Shown in pieces: positions 32,232-42,749 of a stretch of DNA of 50,959 nucleotides (within the stretch, counting starts at the first letter, position 1; each line of letters starts with the position of its first letter). Below the pieces are notes generated by a model. That model was not told the DNA's origin. It saw only the letters and a list, made by a program, of their open reading frames with translations, and did no database searches. The position numbers and the translations under genes are program-made. Origin of the DNA: Candidatus Minusculum obligatum (GTDB lineage Bacteria > Patescibacteriota > Minisyncoccia > Phycocordibacterales > Phycocordibacteraceae); contig DCYT01000001.1 in the NCBI GenBank assembly GCA_002331145.1, positions 1-50,959 of the forward strand, given 5' to 3'.

Positions 32232-34868
32232 ATGCGATCGTACCCATGGCACTCTCTTTCTATACCAGAGGTAGTGCAACATTTTAATACTAGTGCCGAG
32301 CGTGGACTTGATGGAAACGCTGCTTCAGCACGCCTAAAAGAGGACGGTCCAAACACTCTTACAAAACAGTCTCGAGAGACATTTGTCGAGCGACTATTTC
32401 GTCAGGTGAAAACTCCAATTGCATTTGTGCTTATTGCTGCAGGAGCAGCCGCTCTTTTCTTGGGGGAGTTAATAGATGCAACCGTTATTATCGTTGCTCT
32501 CTTAGTAAATATTGTTATTGGTTTTGTTCAGGAAGGTAGAGCCGGGAATGCTTTTGATGCGCTTGCAGAGGGTGAGGCAAAGAAAGCGCTCGTGCTACGT
32601 GATGGAAAAAAAGTTGAGATTCCTGCACAGGAGCTTGTTGTAGGAGATGTGGTTATTTTAAATGCGGGGAAGCAAATCCCAGCTGACATTCGTCTTATTA
32701 GAGCTTCTGACCTTTCTGTAAATGAAGCTGCATTAACTGGTGAGTGGGTTCCAGTACCAAAGCATGTAGATGTGCTGCATGAAGACATTCCTCTTGCGCA
32801 AAGATTCAATCTTGGGTTCAGAGGTACAACCATTGTTTCAGGAAGAGGGCAGGGAATTGTAATTGGGACCGGAGACAGCACGGAAGTTGGAGTAATCGCA
32901 AAAGAACTTCAAACTGACATGCGTGTAAAGACTCCTTTAGAAAGAAATATGGAGGGAATAGCTCGATTCATTCTTTTCCTTGTGATGCTTACCGCTGTAT
33001 TTATTACCATGCTGGGTATTTTGCGAGGAGAACCACTAAGTGAGATGCTTTTGATTGCTATCGCTATTGCGGTGTCTGCCATTCCTGAAGGGCTTCCAGC
33101 TGCAGTAACAGCTTCTCTTGCCATTGGAATGGAACGAATCTTAAAGTTTGGAGGACTTGTAAAAAACCTTTTGGCTGCTGAGATTCTAGGAACAACAACA
33201 TACGTACTAACTGACAAAACAGGAACGCTCACAAAGGGAAGAATGGCACTCATTGAGTATTCGCTTCTACATGAGCGTGTAAAAGATGCTGATGCAGCAC
33301 ACACGCAAGCGCTCCTTAGAGCTGGTGCGTATGCATCTGATGCGGTACTTGATGAAGAGCAGGGAGAAGATGGAAATGCTGTACATGGGAGGCCAATAGA
33401 GCGAGCAATTCTACTCTCTTCTGTACACGCTGGTATTGCACCAATAGGAGATAAGCAGCTAGTTTCTATTCCATTTAGCTCTGACAGGCGTTTTGGAGGT
33501 GCAGTGGTAGAAGTCGAAGAAGGAGAGACATTCTTTGTATCCGGTGCACCAGAGTCTTTGCTTGAAAAAAGTACAGCAATTTTTGATGGAGTAACTGAGC
33601 GTAATATGACAGCTGCAGATACTGCAGTTTTCAATCGATACCTTGAAGAATATACAAAACAAGGCCTTCGTGTGATTGCTGTGGCGAAGAAAGTGCTTGA
33701 AGATGGGGGGAAAGAAAAGGTGCAAAAGAATGTAGATCAACAGGCCCATAACTTTACCTTCATGGGACTCTTGGTGTTTGCTGATCAAATTCGAGAAGAT
33801 GTAGAAGAGTCACTGGCTCGCATTAAAGAGGCGGGAGCTCGTGCAGTTGTTGTAACAGGAGATAATCCAAATACTGCACTGTATGTGGCAAAGGAGGTTG
33901 GGTTCTGTGCAGATCATGAAAGTGTCATAACTGGTGCTGAAACTGAGCAAATGAGTGATAAGGAGCTTTTGAAAGCACTTCGAACACATTCAGTATTTGC
34001 ACGAGTATTGCCGGCACAGAAGCTACGTATTGCTCGAGTGTTGCGAGGAGACAATGAAGTAGTTGCCATGACAGGAGATGGAATAAATGATGCGCCAGCA
34101 CTGCAGGCCGCATCAGTTGGTATTGCTGTAGGAAGCGGAACAGATGTTGCCAAAGAAGCCGCGGATCTTATTTTGCTCAATGACAGCTTCTCTATCATTG
34201 TAAAAACAATTGAGGAGGGAAGAAGGCTACGTGACAACATAAAGAAGGTTGTGACGTTCCTTTTGGCGACAAACTTTAGTGAAATTTTGCTCGTTACCGT
34301 AGCTTTGGTTGCAGGTTTCCCTCTGCCAATTCTTCCTACTCAAATTCTTTGGGCAAATATTGTGGGTGGGGGATTCATGAATTTTGCTTTTGCTTTTGAG
34401 CCAGCAGATGAAAAGACAATGCACAGGAATCCAAAGGATAAAGAAATATCAGAGATCCTTTCTCCAAATGTATTAAAGTTTATTTTCCTGGCAGGTCTTA
34501 TTACCGCAGGACTTCTTCTTATTTTGTACTTCTATCTAACTTCAATTGGAACACCAATCGAAGAGATACGAACAATGCTATTTGTTGGGATCTCATTTGA
34601 TGCATTCTTCTTTGCATTTGCAGTAAAGAGTTTCAGTAAGCCGATATGGCAAATAAATCTATTCTCAAACAAGTATCTAATTTTTGCGTTCTTCGTATCA
34701 GTTGCAGCTCTTCTTGCTGCGCTTGCATTCCCGCCGCTTGCGTTGCTTCTCTCTGTGGTGCCACTTACAAACTTTGAGCTTGTATTGCTAGCACTCCTTG
34801 GACTTCTTAACGTTTTGGCTATTGAGTTCTCAAAATGGGTACTATTTAGGTCAGAAAAGACTGCGTGA
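32232..34868 (+). CDS. P-type cation-transporting ATPase (P2, Ca2+/Mg2+-like)
   Basis: DKTGTLT phosphorylation site, TGES-like LTGEW, TGDN and GDGINDAPAL. About 10 TM helices. The start chosen is MRSYPWHS at 32232. Confidence 0.9.
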   Translation: MRSYPWHSLSIPEVVQHFNTSAERGLDGNAASARLKEDGPNTLTKQSRETFVERLFRQVKTPIAFVLIAAGAAALFLGELIDATVIIVALLVNIVIGFVQEGRAGNAFDALAEGEAKKALVLRDGKKVEIPAQELVVGDVVILNAGKQIPADIRLIRASDLSVNEAALTGEWVPVPKHVDVLHEDIPLAQRFNLGFRGTTIVSGRGQGIVIGTGDSTEVGVIAKELQTDMRVKTPLERNMEGIARFILFLVMLTAVFITMLGILRGEPLSEMLLIAIAIAVSAIPEGLPAAVTASLAIGMERILKFGGLVKNLLAAEILGTTTYVLTDKTGTLTKGRMALIEYSLLHERVKDADAAHTQALLRAGAYASDAVLDEEQGEDGNAVHGRPIERAILLSSVHAGIAPIGDKQLVSIPFSSDRRFGGAVVEVEEGETFFVSGAPESLLEKSTAIFDGVTERNMTAADTAVFNRYLEEYTKQGLRVIAVAKKVLEDGGKEKVQKNVDQQAHNFTFMGLLVFADQIREDVEESLARIKEAGARAVVVTGDNPNTALYVAKEVGFCADHESVITGAETEQMSDKELLKALRTHSVFARVLPAQKLRIARVLRGDNEVVAMTGDGINDAPALQAASVGIAVGSGTDVAKEAADLILLNDSFSIIVKTIEEGRRLRDNIKKVVTFLLATNFSEILLVTVALVAGFPLPILPTQILWANIVGGGFMNFAFAFEPADEKTMHRNPKDKEISEILSPNVLKFIFLAGLITAGLLLILYFYLTSIGTPIEEIRTMLFVGISFDAFFFAFAVKSFSKPIWQINLFSNKYLIFAFFVSVAALLAALAFPPLALLLSVVPLTNFELVLLALLGLLNVLAIEFSKWVLFRSEKTA

Positions 34869-34881
34869 TAGAATAGGAGAA

Positions 34882-35913
34882 ATGGAAATCATACTGATAG
34901 TTTTGCTTGGAGCCGTAATCCTCATTCAGGGGTATATGCTCTTTCGTATGCTCAAAGGGGGAGAGAAGCAGGACTCTTTTGTAATGCTACAGCAGCAACT
35001 AAATGAGCTTGGAAGAATGGTAGATGACAAGGTGCACAAGATGGGAAAGGATGTAAATGATTCTATCTATAAGCAAGCAAATGATTCTCAAAAACTCATC
35101 AAAGATATTACTCAAGAGATAACTTCAGTTAAGGAGCTTGGGAGGCAGACTGCAGGATTTGCAGAGCAATTGAAGTCTTTGCAAGATGTACTAAAAAATC
35201 CAAAGCAGCGAGGAGTACTTGGCGAATATTATCTCGAGACAGTGCTGAAGAATGTACTAGCGCCTGGCATGTATCAAATGCAGTACATGTTTAAGAATAA
35301 AGAAGCGGTAGATGCTGTTGTTTTCATTAAAGAGAAGATCGTACCTATTGATTCAAAGTTCTCACTCGAGAACTACAACCGTCTTATAAATGCAGCAGAG
35401 CAGGACAAGCCGGCACATGAGAAAGCATTTATTAATGATTTAAAGCTTCGTATTGTTGAGACATCAAAATACATTCGTCCAGAGGAGGGGACCATGGATT
35501 TTGCTTTCATGTTTATTCCATCTGAAGGAATCTACTATGATTTGCTCGTAAATACCGTTGGGGGAAGGGAAGATGAGAACCTAATCCAAATGGCAGCTGC
35601 AAAACATAAAGTAATTATCGTTTCTCCTACATCATTCCTCGCATACCTTCAGACAGTGCTTCAAGGACTTAATGCGCTTCAAATTGAGCAAAAGGCTGTA
35701 GAGATTCAAAAGGGTGTAGAAAAGCTAGGGAGACACCTTAAAAAGTACGATGAGTACTATCAAAAGCTTGGAGGAACCCTTTCAACCACTGTTTCGCACT
35801 ATAACAACGGATATAAGGAGTTAAAGAAGGTAGATAAGGATATTTATCGTATTTCTGAATTTAGTACCGATATAGAGCCAGAAGAACTTCCAAAGCCCCA
35901 ATTAGAAGACTAA
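34882..35913 (+). CDS. rmuC: DNA recombination protein RmuC
   Basis: N-terminal TM helix, a long coiled coil, then an RmuC-type C-terminal domain (..RGVLGEYYLE.., ..DSKFSLENY.., ..FMFIPSEGIYY..). Confidence 0.8.
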   Translation: MEIILIVLLGAVILIQGYMLFRMLKGGEKQDSFVMLQQQLNELGRMVDDKVHKMGKDVNDSIYKQANDSQKLIKDITQEITSVKELGRQTAGFAEQLKSLQDVLKNPKQRGVLGEYYLETVLKNVLAPGMYQMQYMFKNKEAVDAVVFIKEKIVPIDSKFSLENYNRLINAAEQDKPAHEKAFINDLKLRIVETSKYIRPEEGTMDFAFMFIPSEGIYYDLLVNTVGGREDENLIQMAAAKHKVIIVSPTSFLAYLQTVLQGLNALQIEQKAVEIQKGVEKLGRHLKKYDEYYQKLGGTLSTTVSHYNNGYKELKKVDKDIYRISEFSTDIEPEELPKPQLED

Positions 35914-35955
35914 AACACTTGCTTTTTAGAGTAAATTCGCTATAGTACTGCAACT

Positions 35956-36273
35956 ATGAATACGGCTGTAATTAAGACCGGAGGAAAGCAATATGTTGTC
36001 GAGGAAGGCAGCACTATTTCTATTGAAAAGCGGTCAGATAAGGATTATCAGACAGGAGATGCTATCTCATTTGATGAGGTGCTTCTTATGGATGATGGTG
36101 CAAAAGTACAGCTTGGAACTCCAACAGTAAAAGCAACAGTATCTGGAACTGTGCTAGAGGCAGGGAAGGGAAAGAAAGTTATCGTAGAGCGATTTAAGAA
36201 TAAGACTCGACAGCATACTAAGAAAGGACACCGACAGCATTTCCTGAAGGTGAAAGTAGAGAAGGTGGGATAA
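35956..36273 (+). CDS. rplU: 50S ribosomal protein L21
   Basis: 105 aa. Has AVIKTGGKQY.V.EG and a C-terminal ..RFKNKTRQHTKKGHRQ.F..V. Confidence 0.95.
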   Translation: MNTAVIKTGGKQYVVEEGSTISIEKRSDKDYQTGDAISFDEVLLMDDGAKVQLGTPTVKATVSGTVLEAGKGKKVIVERFKNKTRQHTKKGHRQHFLKVKVEKVG

Positions 36274-36276
36274 CAA

Positions 36277-36302
36277 AATAGAGCCGAGAGGCTCTATTTT
36301 CT
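36277..36302. terminator. intrinsic terminator between convergent rplU and recR
   Basis: AATAGAGCC-GAGA-GGCTCTATT followed by TT. It overlaps the recR stop region. Confidence 0.65.
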
Positions 36303-36893
36303 GTTTGATAGTGCATTCCGCAGCGTCTCCTGATCCGAGTACTCAAGCTCAGTTCCTGTTGCAAGTCCTCGTCCAAGTATTGAAATCTTAATCTCATCAC
36401 CCAAAAGAGGATTAATAACCTCAAGTGCATGATCTTTGGTCTGCTCTCCTTCAGGAGTAGCAGAAAGTCCGAGGATAATTTCAGAAAGACCTTGTTCTTT
36501 TCGAAGTTCAACAGCCTTCTTTAATAAATCATCTCGTACAGGGTTTCTTCCAGTAATAGGAACTGTTCCTCCAAGAATCACGTAGTATCCAGCAAAGAGT
36601 CCACTTTTCTCAACTGCAATAAGATCTGCATCTTTCTCTACAACCATAAGAGAAGTGTTATCTCTATTTTGATCAGAGCAATATACGCACTCTGGTTTTG
36701 TATCAGTATGAAAAAGTCCACAACTAGGGCAAGTGTGTACGGTGTTTTTAACAGTAGCGATAAGATTTCCGAACTCTCTTAGGTCACTTCCTGATCGCTT
36801 TAAGAGACTATAAACAAGACGCCGCGCTTGTCGCGGTCCAATACCTGATAATTGCTCAAAGTGATATATGAGCTTTTCTAAACTATTCTGCAT
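36294..36893 (-). CDS. recR: recombination protein RecR
   Basis: HhH start (L..LPGIGP..A.R-like SGIGPRQARRL), C4 zinc finger (CPSCG....C..C) and a Toprim segment (MVVEKDADLIAVE). Confidence 0.95.
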   Translation of the reverse strand: MQNSLEKLIYHFEQLSGIGPRQARRLVYSLLKRSGSDLREFGNLIATVKNTVHTCPSCGLFHTDTKPECVYCSDQNRDNTSLMVVEKDADLIAVEKSGLFAGYYVILGGTVPITGRNPVRDDLLKKAVELRKEQGLSEIILGLSATPEGEQTKDHALEVINPLLGDEIKISILGRGLATGTELEYSDQETLRNALSNRK

Positions 36894-38265
36894 GATCTTC
36901 TACTGGTGCTCCGGCTAACGCATCAAATTCACTTGTCTCAAGATCCATAAAGGTAACTCGCTTCTCATCAAAGTATAGCTCTGCAACTCCAACAGGACCG
37001 TTTCGATGCTTTTCTACACAAATCTCTGCAATGTTGTTCTTGTCAGCTGCTTGGTTCATCTTGTCTTCTCGGTGGATGAACATAACAACATCGGCATCCT
37101 GCTCAATAGATCCAGAGTCTCGAAGGTCAGAAAGCCTTGGGCGTCCTCCTCGCTGCTCAACTGCTCGAGATAGCTGTGATAGGGCAATAACAGGGACATC
37201 AAGCTCACGAGCCAAACTCTTCAAAGACCTGGAAATCTCTGTTACTTGCTGCACCATTGAGTCACTAGCCTTAGTGTCTGTAGGAGACATGAGCTGAAGG
37301 TAGTCGACAACAATAAGTCCAATACCGTGTTCACGCTTTAGTCTTCGTGCAGTAGCACGCATGGCAAGGATATTGTTTCCAGGCTTATCATCAATGAAAA
37401 TAGGAGCATTTGAAAGTGTCTCAAGAGCATCTCGTACCTTTGAGAAGTCATCTTCGCTGCTGATAGATCCTGTACGCAGTTTCCATGAGTTAACGTAACT
37501 CTCAGAGGCTAGCATACGCTCTACAAGCTGCTGTGAGCTCATCTCAAGGGAGAAAATACCCACAGGTACATTGTGTTTAACTGCTGCATTACGAGCGATA
37601 TCAAGAGCTAGAGATGTCTTTCCCATAGAAGGGCGGGCAGCAAGAATCACAAGGTCTGATGGTTGGAATCCTGATAGGAGATTATCCAGTCCTTTAAATC
37701 CACTCTTAACTCCACGAACATTGTCCTTACTCTTTGAGAGTTTTTCAATGTGATCCCATGCGGCCGTAAGAGTTTCTTTAATAGCAATAAACTTATGAGA
37801 AGCAAACGCGTTTCCAATACGCATAATATTCTTCTCAGCACTATCAAGCATCTCTGCAGTATCTTTTGATTCATCGTGTGCTTTCTCTGTAATGTCATAA
37901 GCTGCAGAAATAAGGGATCGCATGATGTACTTTTGCGAAACAATTTGTGCATAGTGAGCGATGTTTCCAGCAGATGGGGTTTTCTCAATAAGTTCTGCAA
38001 GGTATGCACGCCCTCCAATTTGTTCAAGGTGTCCTTTGTCTTTTAGTTTCTGAGTAAGAGAGAGAAGGTCGATAGGCTCACTCTTTTCAAGTAGTTGAAC
38101 CATCGCATTGAAAATAGTCTTGTGTTTTTCTGCATAGAAACAATCTCCTTTAATAGTGTCTGTGATGTCGTGTAGTGATTCAGGGCGAACCATTACTGAA
38201 CCTAAAAGAGCCTGCTCACTCTCGAGAGACTGTGGAGGAATTCTACTGAAGTCATTCTCCGCCAT
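36883..38265 (-). CDS. dnaB: replicative DNA helicase DnaB
   Basis: 460 aa. PPQSLESEQALLGS N-terminus, Walker A ARPSMGKTSLAL, Walker B LIVVDYLQLM and ALSQLSR. Confidence 0.95.
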   Translation of the reverse strand: MAENDFSRIPPQSLESEQALLGSVMVRPESLHDITDTIKGDCFYAEKHKTIFNAMVQLLEKSEPIDLLSLTQKLKDKGHLEQIGGRAYLAELIEKTPSAGNIAHYAQIVSQKYIMRSLISAAYDITEKAHDESKDTAEMLDSAEKNIMRIGNAFASHKFIAIKETLTAAWDHIEKLSKSKDNVRGVKSGFKGLDNLLSGFQPSDLVILAARPSMGKTSLALDIARNAAVKHNVPVGIFSLEMSSQQLVERMLASESYVNSWKLRTGSISSEDDFSKVRDALETLSNAPIFIDDKPGNNILAMRATARRLKREHGIGLIVVDYLQLMSPTDTKASDSMVQQVTEISRSLKSLARELDVPVIALSQLSRAVEQRGGRPRLSDLRDSGSIEQDADVVMFIHREDKMNQAADKNNIAEICVEKHRNGPVGVAELYFDEKRVTFMDLETSEFDALAGAPVEDHAE

Positions 38266-38338
38266 ATAGAAACTATTGTATCAAAATTGCACACAAGGTG
38301 TGTAATGTGGACAGGGGGGATACGGTGGGGATAGGGAA

Positions 38339-39745
38339 TTAGTTAAGTTTTTCAACTATAAACCCCTCATCTGAGTCTTTTACAACAAAACCTTTCTCTT
38401 TGATAAGGTCTCGAAGCTCATCAGCTTTCTTAAAGTCTTTCTTCTCTCGATACTCTTCACGCTTCTCTGCAAGAGCTTGCACTTCATGAGGAATCTTTAT
38501 CTTCAAACGATGTCCAAAGATCTCAAGTCCAAGAACTCTATCCATTCGAGAAAGCGTTTTCTTCTTTGCTCCTTTTGATACATCAGCGTCTCGAACCATC
38601 TCCCACATAAGGGCTAGTGCTTTTGGGGTATTTAAATCATCAAAGATTGCTTCTTTGAATTTATTTAAATATTCATTTGCAACATACGTTTCTTTCACAT
38701 CTTTGAGAGAGTCAGCAAATAGATGAAGCCTGCCAAGTGCACGCTCAGCACCTGCCAGGGATTCTTTTGTAAATGACTGCGGAGTTCGATAGTGTGCTTC
38801 AAGGAAGAGGTATCGCAATGCCATTGGATGATCTAGCTCTTTTAGAAGGGTGGTATTTCCAAGAGACTTTGAAATTTTTTCTCCTCCAAAGTTAAGAAAT
38901 GCATTGTGCATCCAAATAGAAGCAAACGTTTTTCCTGTTGCAGACTCACTCTGTGCTATTTCATTGTTGTGGTGCGTGTAGATATGATCTTCACCTCCAG
39001 TATGGATATCAATCTGCTCTCCCAAATGACTTATTGCCATAGCAGAACACTCGAGGTGCCAACCAGGAAAGCCAATGCCCCATGGCGAGTCCCACTCTTG
39101 TAGTCTTTTTGCTCCTCCTGAGAGCTTCCAGAGGGCAAAGTCTGCAGCATTTTTCTTTTCTCCAACATCAACACGAGCACCTTCTTGCAATTGTGCGAGA
39201 TTTACACCTCCAAGCTCTCCATAGGTAGGGAAGGTGTCTGTATCAAAATAAACCCCATCTTTTGTTTTGTACGTGTGACCCTTTTCTTCAAGTGCTTCGA
39301 TTATTTCAATCTGTTCTGTTATGTGATCTGTTGCTTTCGGGAACTGGTAACGACCTCTCACAATATTAAGAGCATCAAGATCATCCATAAATGCTTGTGT
39401 GTACTCCTCGGTAATTTCTTTTGCACTTCGTTTTTGTTTTGCGGCCTCCTTTTCAACTTTGTCATCTCCAAAGTCAGCATCATCTGTGAGGTGTCCTACG
39501 TCTGTAATATTAATGACATGCTTTGGCTTATATCCTGCAACAGTAAGAGTGCGATGCAGCGTGTCTGCAAAAACATATGAGCGAAGATTTCCGACATGTA
39601 CTGGTCCGTATACTGTCGGTCCACAGCTATAGATAGAAACAAGGGGAGCTTTAAGAGGTTTTAAAATCTCTTTTTTCTTAGACTTCGTGTTGTAGAGGTG
39701 TACGCCACGAGCTTTAGGTTGTAGGAATCGCCAATTTAAAAACAT
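38339..39745 (-). CDS. cysS: cysteinyl-tRNA synthetase
   Basis: HVGNL (HIGH), KISKSLGN (KMSKS) and the WHLEC zinc site. The N-terminal roughly 15 aa of the track ORF may be upstream of the real start. Confidence 0.9.
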   Translation of the reverse strand: MFLNWRFLQPKARGVHLYNTKSKKKEILKPLKAPLVSIYSCGPTVYGPVHVGNLRSYVFADTLHRTLTVAGYKPKHVINITDVGHLTDDADFGDDKVEKEAAKQKRSAKEITEEYTQAFMDDLDALNIVRGRYQFPKATDHITEQIEIIEALEEKGHTYKTKDGVYFDTDTFPTYGELGGVNLAQLQEGARVDVGEKKNAADFALWKLSGGAKRLQEWDSPWGIGFPGWHLECSAMAISHLGEQIDIHTGGEDHIYTHHNNEIAQSESATGKTFASIWMHNAFLNFGGEKISKSLGNTTLLKELDHPMALRYLFLEAHYRTPQSFTKESLAGAERALGRLHLFADSLKDVKETYVANEYLNKFKEAIFDDLNTPKALALMWEMVRDADVSKGAKKKTLSRMDRVLGLEIFGHRLKIKIPHEVQALAEKREEYREKKDFKKADELRDLIKEKGFVVKDSDEGFIVEKLN

Positions 39746-39748
39746 AGT

Positions 39749-40663
39749 TTATAGCCATCTTTTATACATAAAGTATCCGAAGAATAGGGTGGTGAAGGCA
39801 ACCATAATACCGATTACAATCCAGAAATCATTAGGTTGACCCACAATTGGTATGTACGCGGTATTCATACCAAAGATTCCAGCAATTAGAGAAAGCGGGA
39901 AGGTAACAAAGGCCATAATTGTAAGCACTTTCATAACCTCATTCTGTTTTGTGGTAAGGAGTGAGTTATTCGTCTCCCTAAGTCCTGCTGCCATTTGAAG
40001 GTATGAGTTTGTCGTTGTTTGTGTGCGAAGGTGCTCTCCAATAAGTGCTTTGGGATACATGGCAAATTTCTTTCCAAATACTCCCTCTGCCTGTCGATCA
40101 AATGATTCAAGCACAGCCACATGTGTCTCAAGAAGAATATTAAAGTTTCGAAGGATGGTGCTTACCTTTGAAATTTCAAATACCATCTCTTTTTCCTTTC
40201 CTTTAAACATCTCATCCTCAATACGCTTAATCATGTCTCGCTGATAATCAAGCTCATGAAATACTCCAGCGTAGAGTTTCATAATGATCTTGTAGAGAAG
40301 TTCTCCAGCATGGTGCAGTGCTGGCTCGTTATCAATAATAGTTTCGGTCTCAAGTACTTTGTGGAATTTATGAATCGGATCGATTGCATCATATCGAACA
40401 GTAATCATGTACTTCTCTCCAAGAATAAAATCTACTTCTTGAGAGGTGCTTCGTGTGTGTGAGTGTCGCTCAGCAGGGAAGTGAAGGATGAGGTAGAGGT
40501 AGTCATCTCCTGAAATAACAGAGGGTTTAAGAGTTGGTGCTTGAAGCTCTTCCACAATGAAAGGGTCAATAGAAAATTCCTTAGCAATTTGCTCTAACTC
40601 TTCAATATCAGGGGATTCAAGGTCTACCCACGAAATACCATCAAGCTCCTGGCGCTTTATCAT
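39749..40663 (-). CDS. corA: CorA-family Mg2+/Co2+ transporter
   Basis: GMN signature (GIFGMNTAYIP) between two C-terminal TM helices. The start chosen is MIKRQELD at 40663, with TATAAT 6 nt upstream. Confidence 0.9.
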   Translation of the reverse strand: MIKRQELDGISWVDLESPDIEELEQIAKEFSIDPFIVEELQAPTLKPSVISGDDYLYLILHFPAERHSHTRSTSQEVDFILGEKYMITVRYDAIDPIHKFHKVLETETIIDNEPALHHAGELLYKIIMKLYAGVFHELDYQRDMIKRIEDEMFKGKEKEMVFEISKVSTILRNFNILLETHVAVLESFDRQAEGVFGKKFAMYPKALIGEHLRTQTTTNSYLQMAAGLRETNNSLLTTKQNEVMKVLTIMAFVTFPLSLIAGIFGMNTAYIPIVGQPNDFWIVIGIMVAFTTLFFGYFMYKRWL

Positions 40664-40722
40664 GGCGCAATTATACCATCTCCCTTTGACGAGTTTACGC
40701 TTACTTGCGATACTTCTTGATA

Positions 40723-41943
40723 ATGGAAGACACTCCACAGAAGCCAACTCCACTTCTTCGATTTGCCATAATCGGTGCACTCGTTTTTGCGGTCGGATTT
40801 GGTTCAGGAGTCCTGTTGGGAGGGGGGAAAAGCCTTAGGGCATTCTCTCTTCCATTTTTGGGCCCTGATGCAACTCCACAAGAAGATGTTGATCTCTCAA
40901 CCTTTTGGAAAGTATGGAATACGCTTGATGCAAAGTTTGTACGTAATGCAAGTACGACACCTCTAACTGCAGAAGAGCTCATCTATGGAGCAGCGCAGGG
41001 TATTGCAAATGCGTATGGAGACCCTTACACAATTTTCTTGCCTCCACAGGAAGCTGAAATTTTTGCAGAAGATATCAGTGGAAACTTTTCAGGAGTTGGA
41101 ATGGAGATTGGTGTTAGAGACGGAGTTCTAACTGTTGTTGCTCCTCTAAAAGGAACACCAGCTGAAGCTGCAGGGCTCTTAAGTGGAGACAAGATCATTG
41201 GAATTGATGGAGAGAGTACTGATGGAGTAGGCTCTGACGTTGCAGTTACCTTTATTCGGGGAGAGGCAGGAACACCGGTGTCATTTACTATCCTTCGAGG
41301 GGATGATGAGATTCTTGAAATTGAGGTGGTTCGGGCAAATATTGAGATTCCAACTATCAATACAGAGCTTCGAGACGACAATGTGTTTGTTATTGAGCTG
41401 TATAACTTTGGAGCAACGTCCCCACAGCTTTTCCGTGAAGCGCTCGATGAGTTTATAGATGCAAAGACTCCATACCTTGTTATTGATTTACGAGGAAATC
41501 CTGGAGGCTTTCTTGAAGCTGCAGTTGATATGGGAAGTTGGTTCCTTCCAGATGGTGCCGTTATTGTTCGGGAGGACCTTGGAGAAGGGAAGAAAGAAAA
41601 GGTACAACGCTCACGAGGATATGATGCATTTAATGAGCAGTTACAGCTTGCGGTCCTTATCGATGGGGGAAGTGCCTCAGCATCTGAGATTCTAGCTGGT
41701 GCACTCAAGGATCATGGTGTCGCAACTATTGTGGGAGCGACTTCATTTGGAAAAGGTTCAGTACAGGAGCTTGTGAATATTACGAACGATACATCACTTA
41801 AAGTTACTGTTGCGAGGTGGCTAACACCCAATGGTGTTTCAATTTCAAAAGAAGGGTTGATTCCAGATATAGAAGTGGAGTATGATCCTGATACTACAGA
41901 AGACGAACAGCTAGAAGCTGCAGTTGATTTATTACTAAAGTAG
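40723..41943 (+). CDS. carboxy-terminal processing (S41) peptidase
   Basis: TM anchor, PDZ (GTPAEAAGLLSGDKIIGIDG), DLRGNPGG, catalytic GGSASASEI and TFGKGS. The ATG at 40723 is preferred over the TTG at 40705. Confidence 0.85.
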   Translation: MEDTPQKPTPLLRFAIIGALVFAVGFGSGVLLGGGKSLRAFSLPFLGPDATPQEDVDLSTFWKVWNTLDAKFVRNASTTPLTAEELIYGAAQGIANAYGDPYTIFLPPQEAEIFAEDISGNFSGVGMEIGVRDGVLTVVAPLKGTPAEAAGLLSGDKIIGIDGESTDGVGSDVAVTFIRGEAGTPVSFTILRGDDEILEIEVVRANIEIPTINTELRDDNVFVIELYNFGATSPQLFREALDEFIDAKTPYLVIDLRGNPGGFLEAAVDMGSWFLPDGAVIVREDLGEGKKEKVQRSRGYDAFNEQLQLAVLIDGGSASASEILAGALKDHGVATIVGATSFGKGSVQELVNITNDTSLKVTVARWLTPNGVSISKEGLIPDIEVEYDPDTTEDEQLEAAVDLLLK

Positions 41944-41948
41944 AAAAT

Positions 41949-42398
41949 ATGAAAGTTGTACTAACGAAAGATGTGAAGGGTATTGGAAGTAAGGGAGATA
42001 CAGTTGAGCAGAAAGATGGATATGCTCTTAACTTTCTTATTCCAAAAGGTTTTGCAGTGCCAGAGAAGAGCTCTATTGCAAAGGTAACAATGCAAAAGCA
42101 GGGAGAGGCAGCTGATCGGAAGGAAGTTCAGCACGAGCTTCTAAATGAGATCATCAAGGGTCTTGATGGAGAAACTCTTTCATTTGAAAAGAAGGTAAAC
42201 GAGCAAGGAGGACTTTACGACAAGGTAGATGCAAAGGAAATTGTTGCAAAAATTGCAGCAGAGAAGAATGTAGAGCTTCCAGAGGATGCTATTGCACTTG
42301 AGGCACCACTTGAGGCTGCAGGAGAGCATGAGGTTACAGTTTCTAACGCTGAGGTAAGCGCTAAAGTAACAATCTCTATTATTCCTGAAACTACGTAA
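41949..42398 (+). CDS. rplI: 50S ribosomal protein L9
   Basis: MKVVL.KDV.G.G.KGD.V....GYA.NFLIPKG.A. Confidence 0.95.
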   Translation: MKVVLTKDVKGIGSKGDTVEQKDGYALNFLIPKGFAVPEKSSIAKVTMQKQGEAADRKEVQHELLNEIIKGLDGETLSFEKKVNEQGGLYDKVDAKEIVAKIAAEKNVELPEDAIALEAPLEAAGEHEVTVSNAEVSAKVTISIIPETT

Positions 42399-42415
42399 TT
42401 AACTCAGTAGATATA

Positions 42416-42440
42416 AAAAAGCCCCTTGAAGGGGCTTTTT
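42416..42440. terminator. bidirectional intrinsic terminator
   Basis: AAAAAGCCCCT-TGAA-GGGGCTTTTT. Confidence 0.85.
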
Positions 42441-42457
42441 GTTAGGAGGGGGTGTAT

Positions 42458-42730
42458 TTAGCTAACGTGAGCAACTTTCTTGTTCACTACGCTTCCATCA
42501 AAACGAGTTTTTCGCTTATTTTTGAAAGATACTGTTCCGTCAGTTACTGCGTATAGGGTGTGATCTCGTCCCACTTTTACATTTTCTCCTGCCTCAATCT
42601 TAGTTCCACGCTGACGCACGATAACAGCACCTGCTTTCGCGGCCTGTCCATCTGCGAGCTTAGTTCCTAGATATTTAGGATTACTGTCTCGTAGGTTTTT
42701 TGCTGATCCACCGGCTTTTCTATGTGCCAT
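42458..42730 (-). CDS. rpmA: 50S ribosomal protein L27
   Basis: [22 protein letters not shown]...GQ....[10 protein letters not shown]. Confidence 0.95.
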   Translation of the reverse strand: MAHRKAGGSAKNLRDSNPKYLGTKLADGQAAKAGAVIVRQRGTKIEAGENVKVGRDHTLYAVTDGTVSFKNKRKTRFDGSVVNKKVAHVS

Positions 42731-42749
42731 ATGCTATATACTTAGTTGC

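Noticed and set aside
32909-33634. 241-aa minus-strand ORF (and the similar ORFs at 32528-32881 and 33914-34240).
   Set aside because: They are antisense to the P-type ATPase, which carries all the diagnostic motifs.
41025-41708. 227-aa minus-strand ORF.
   Set aside because: It is antisense to the S41 peptidase gene, Ser/Pro/Arg-rich, and has no start context.
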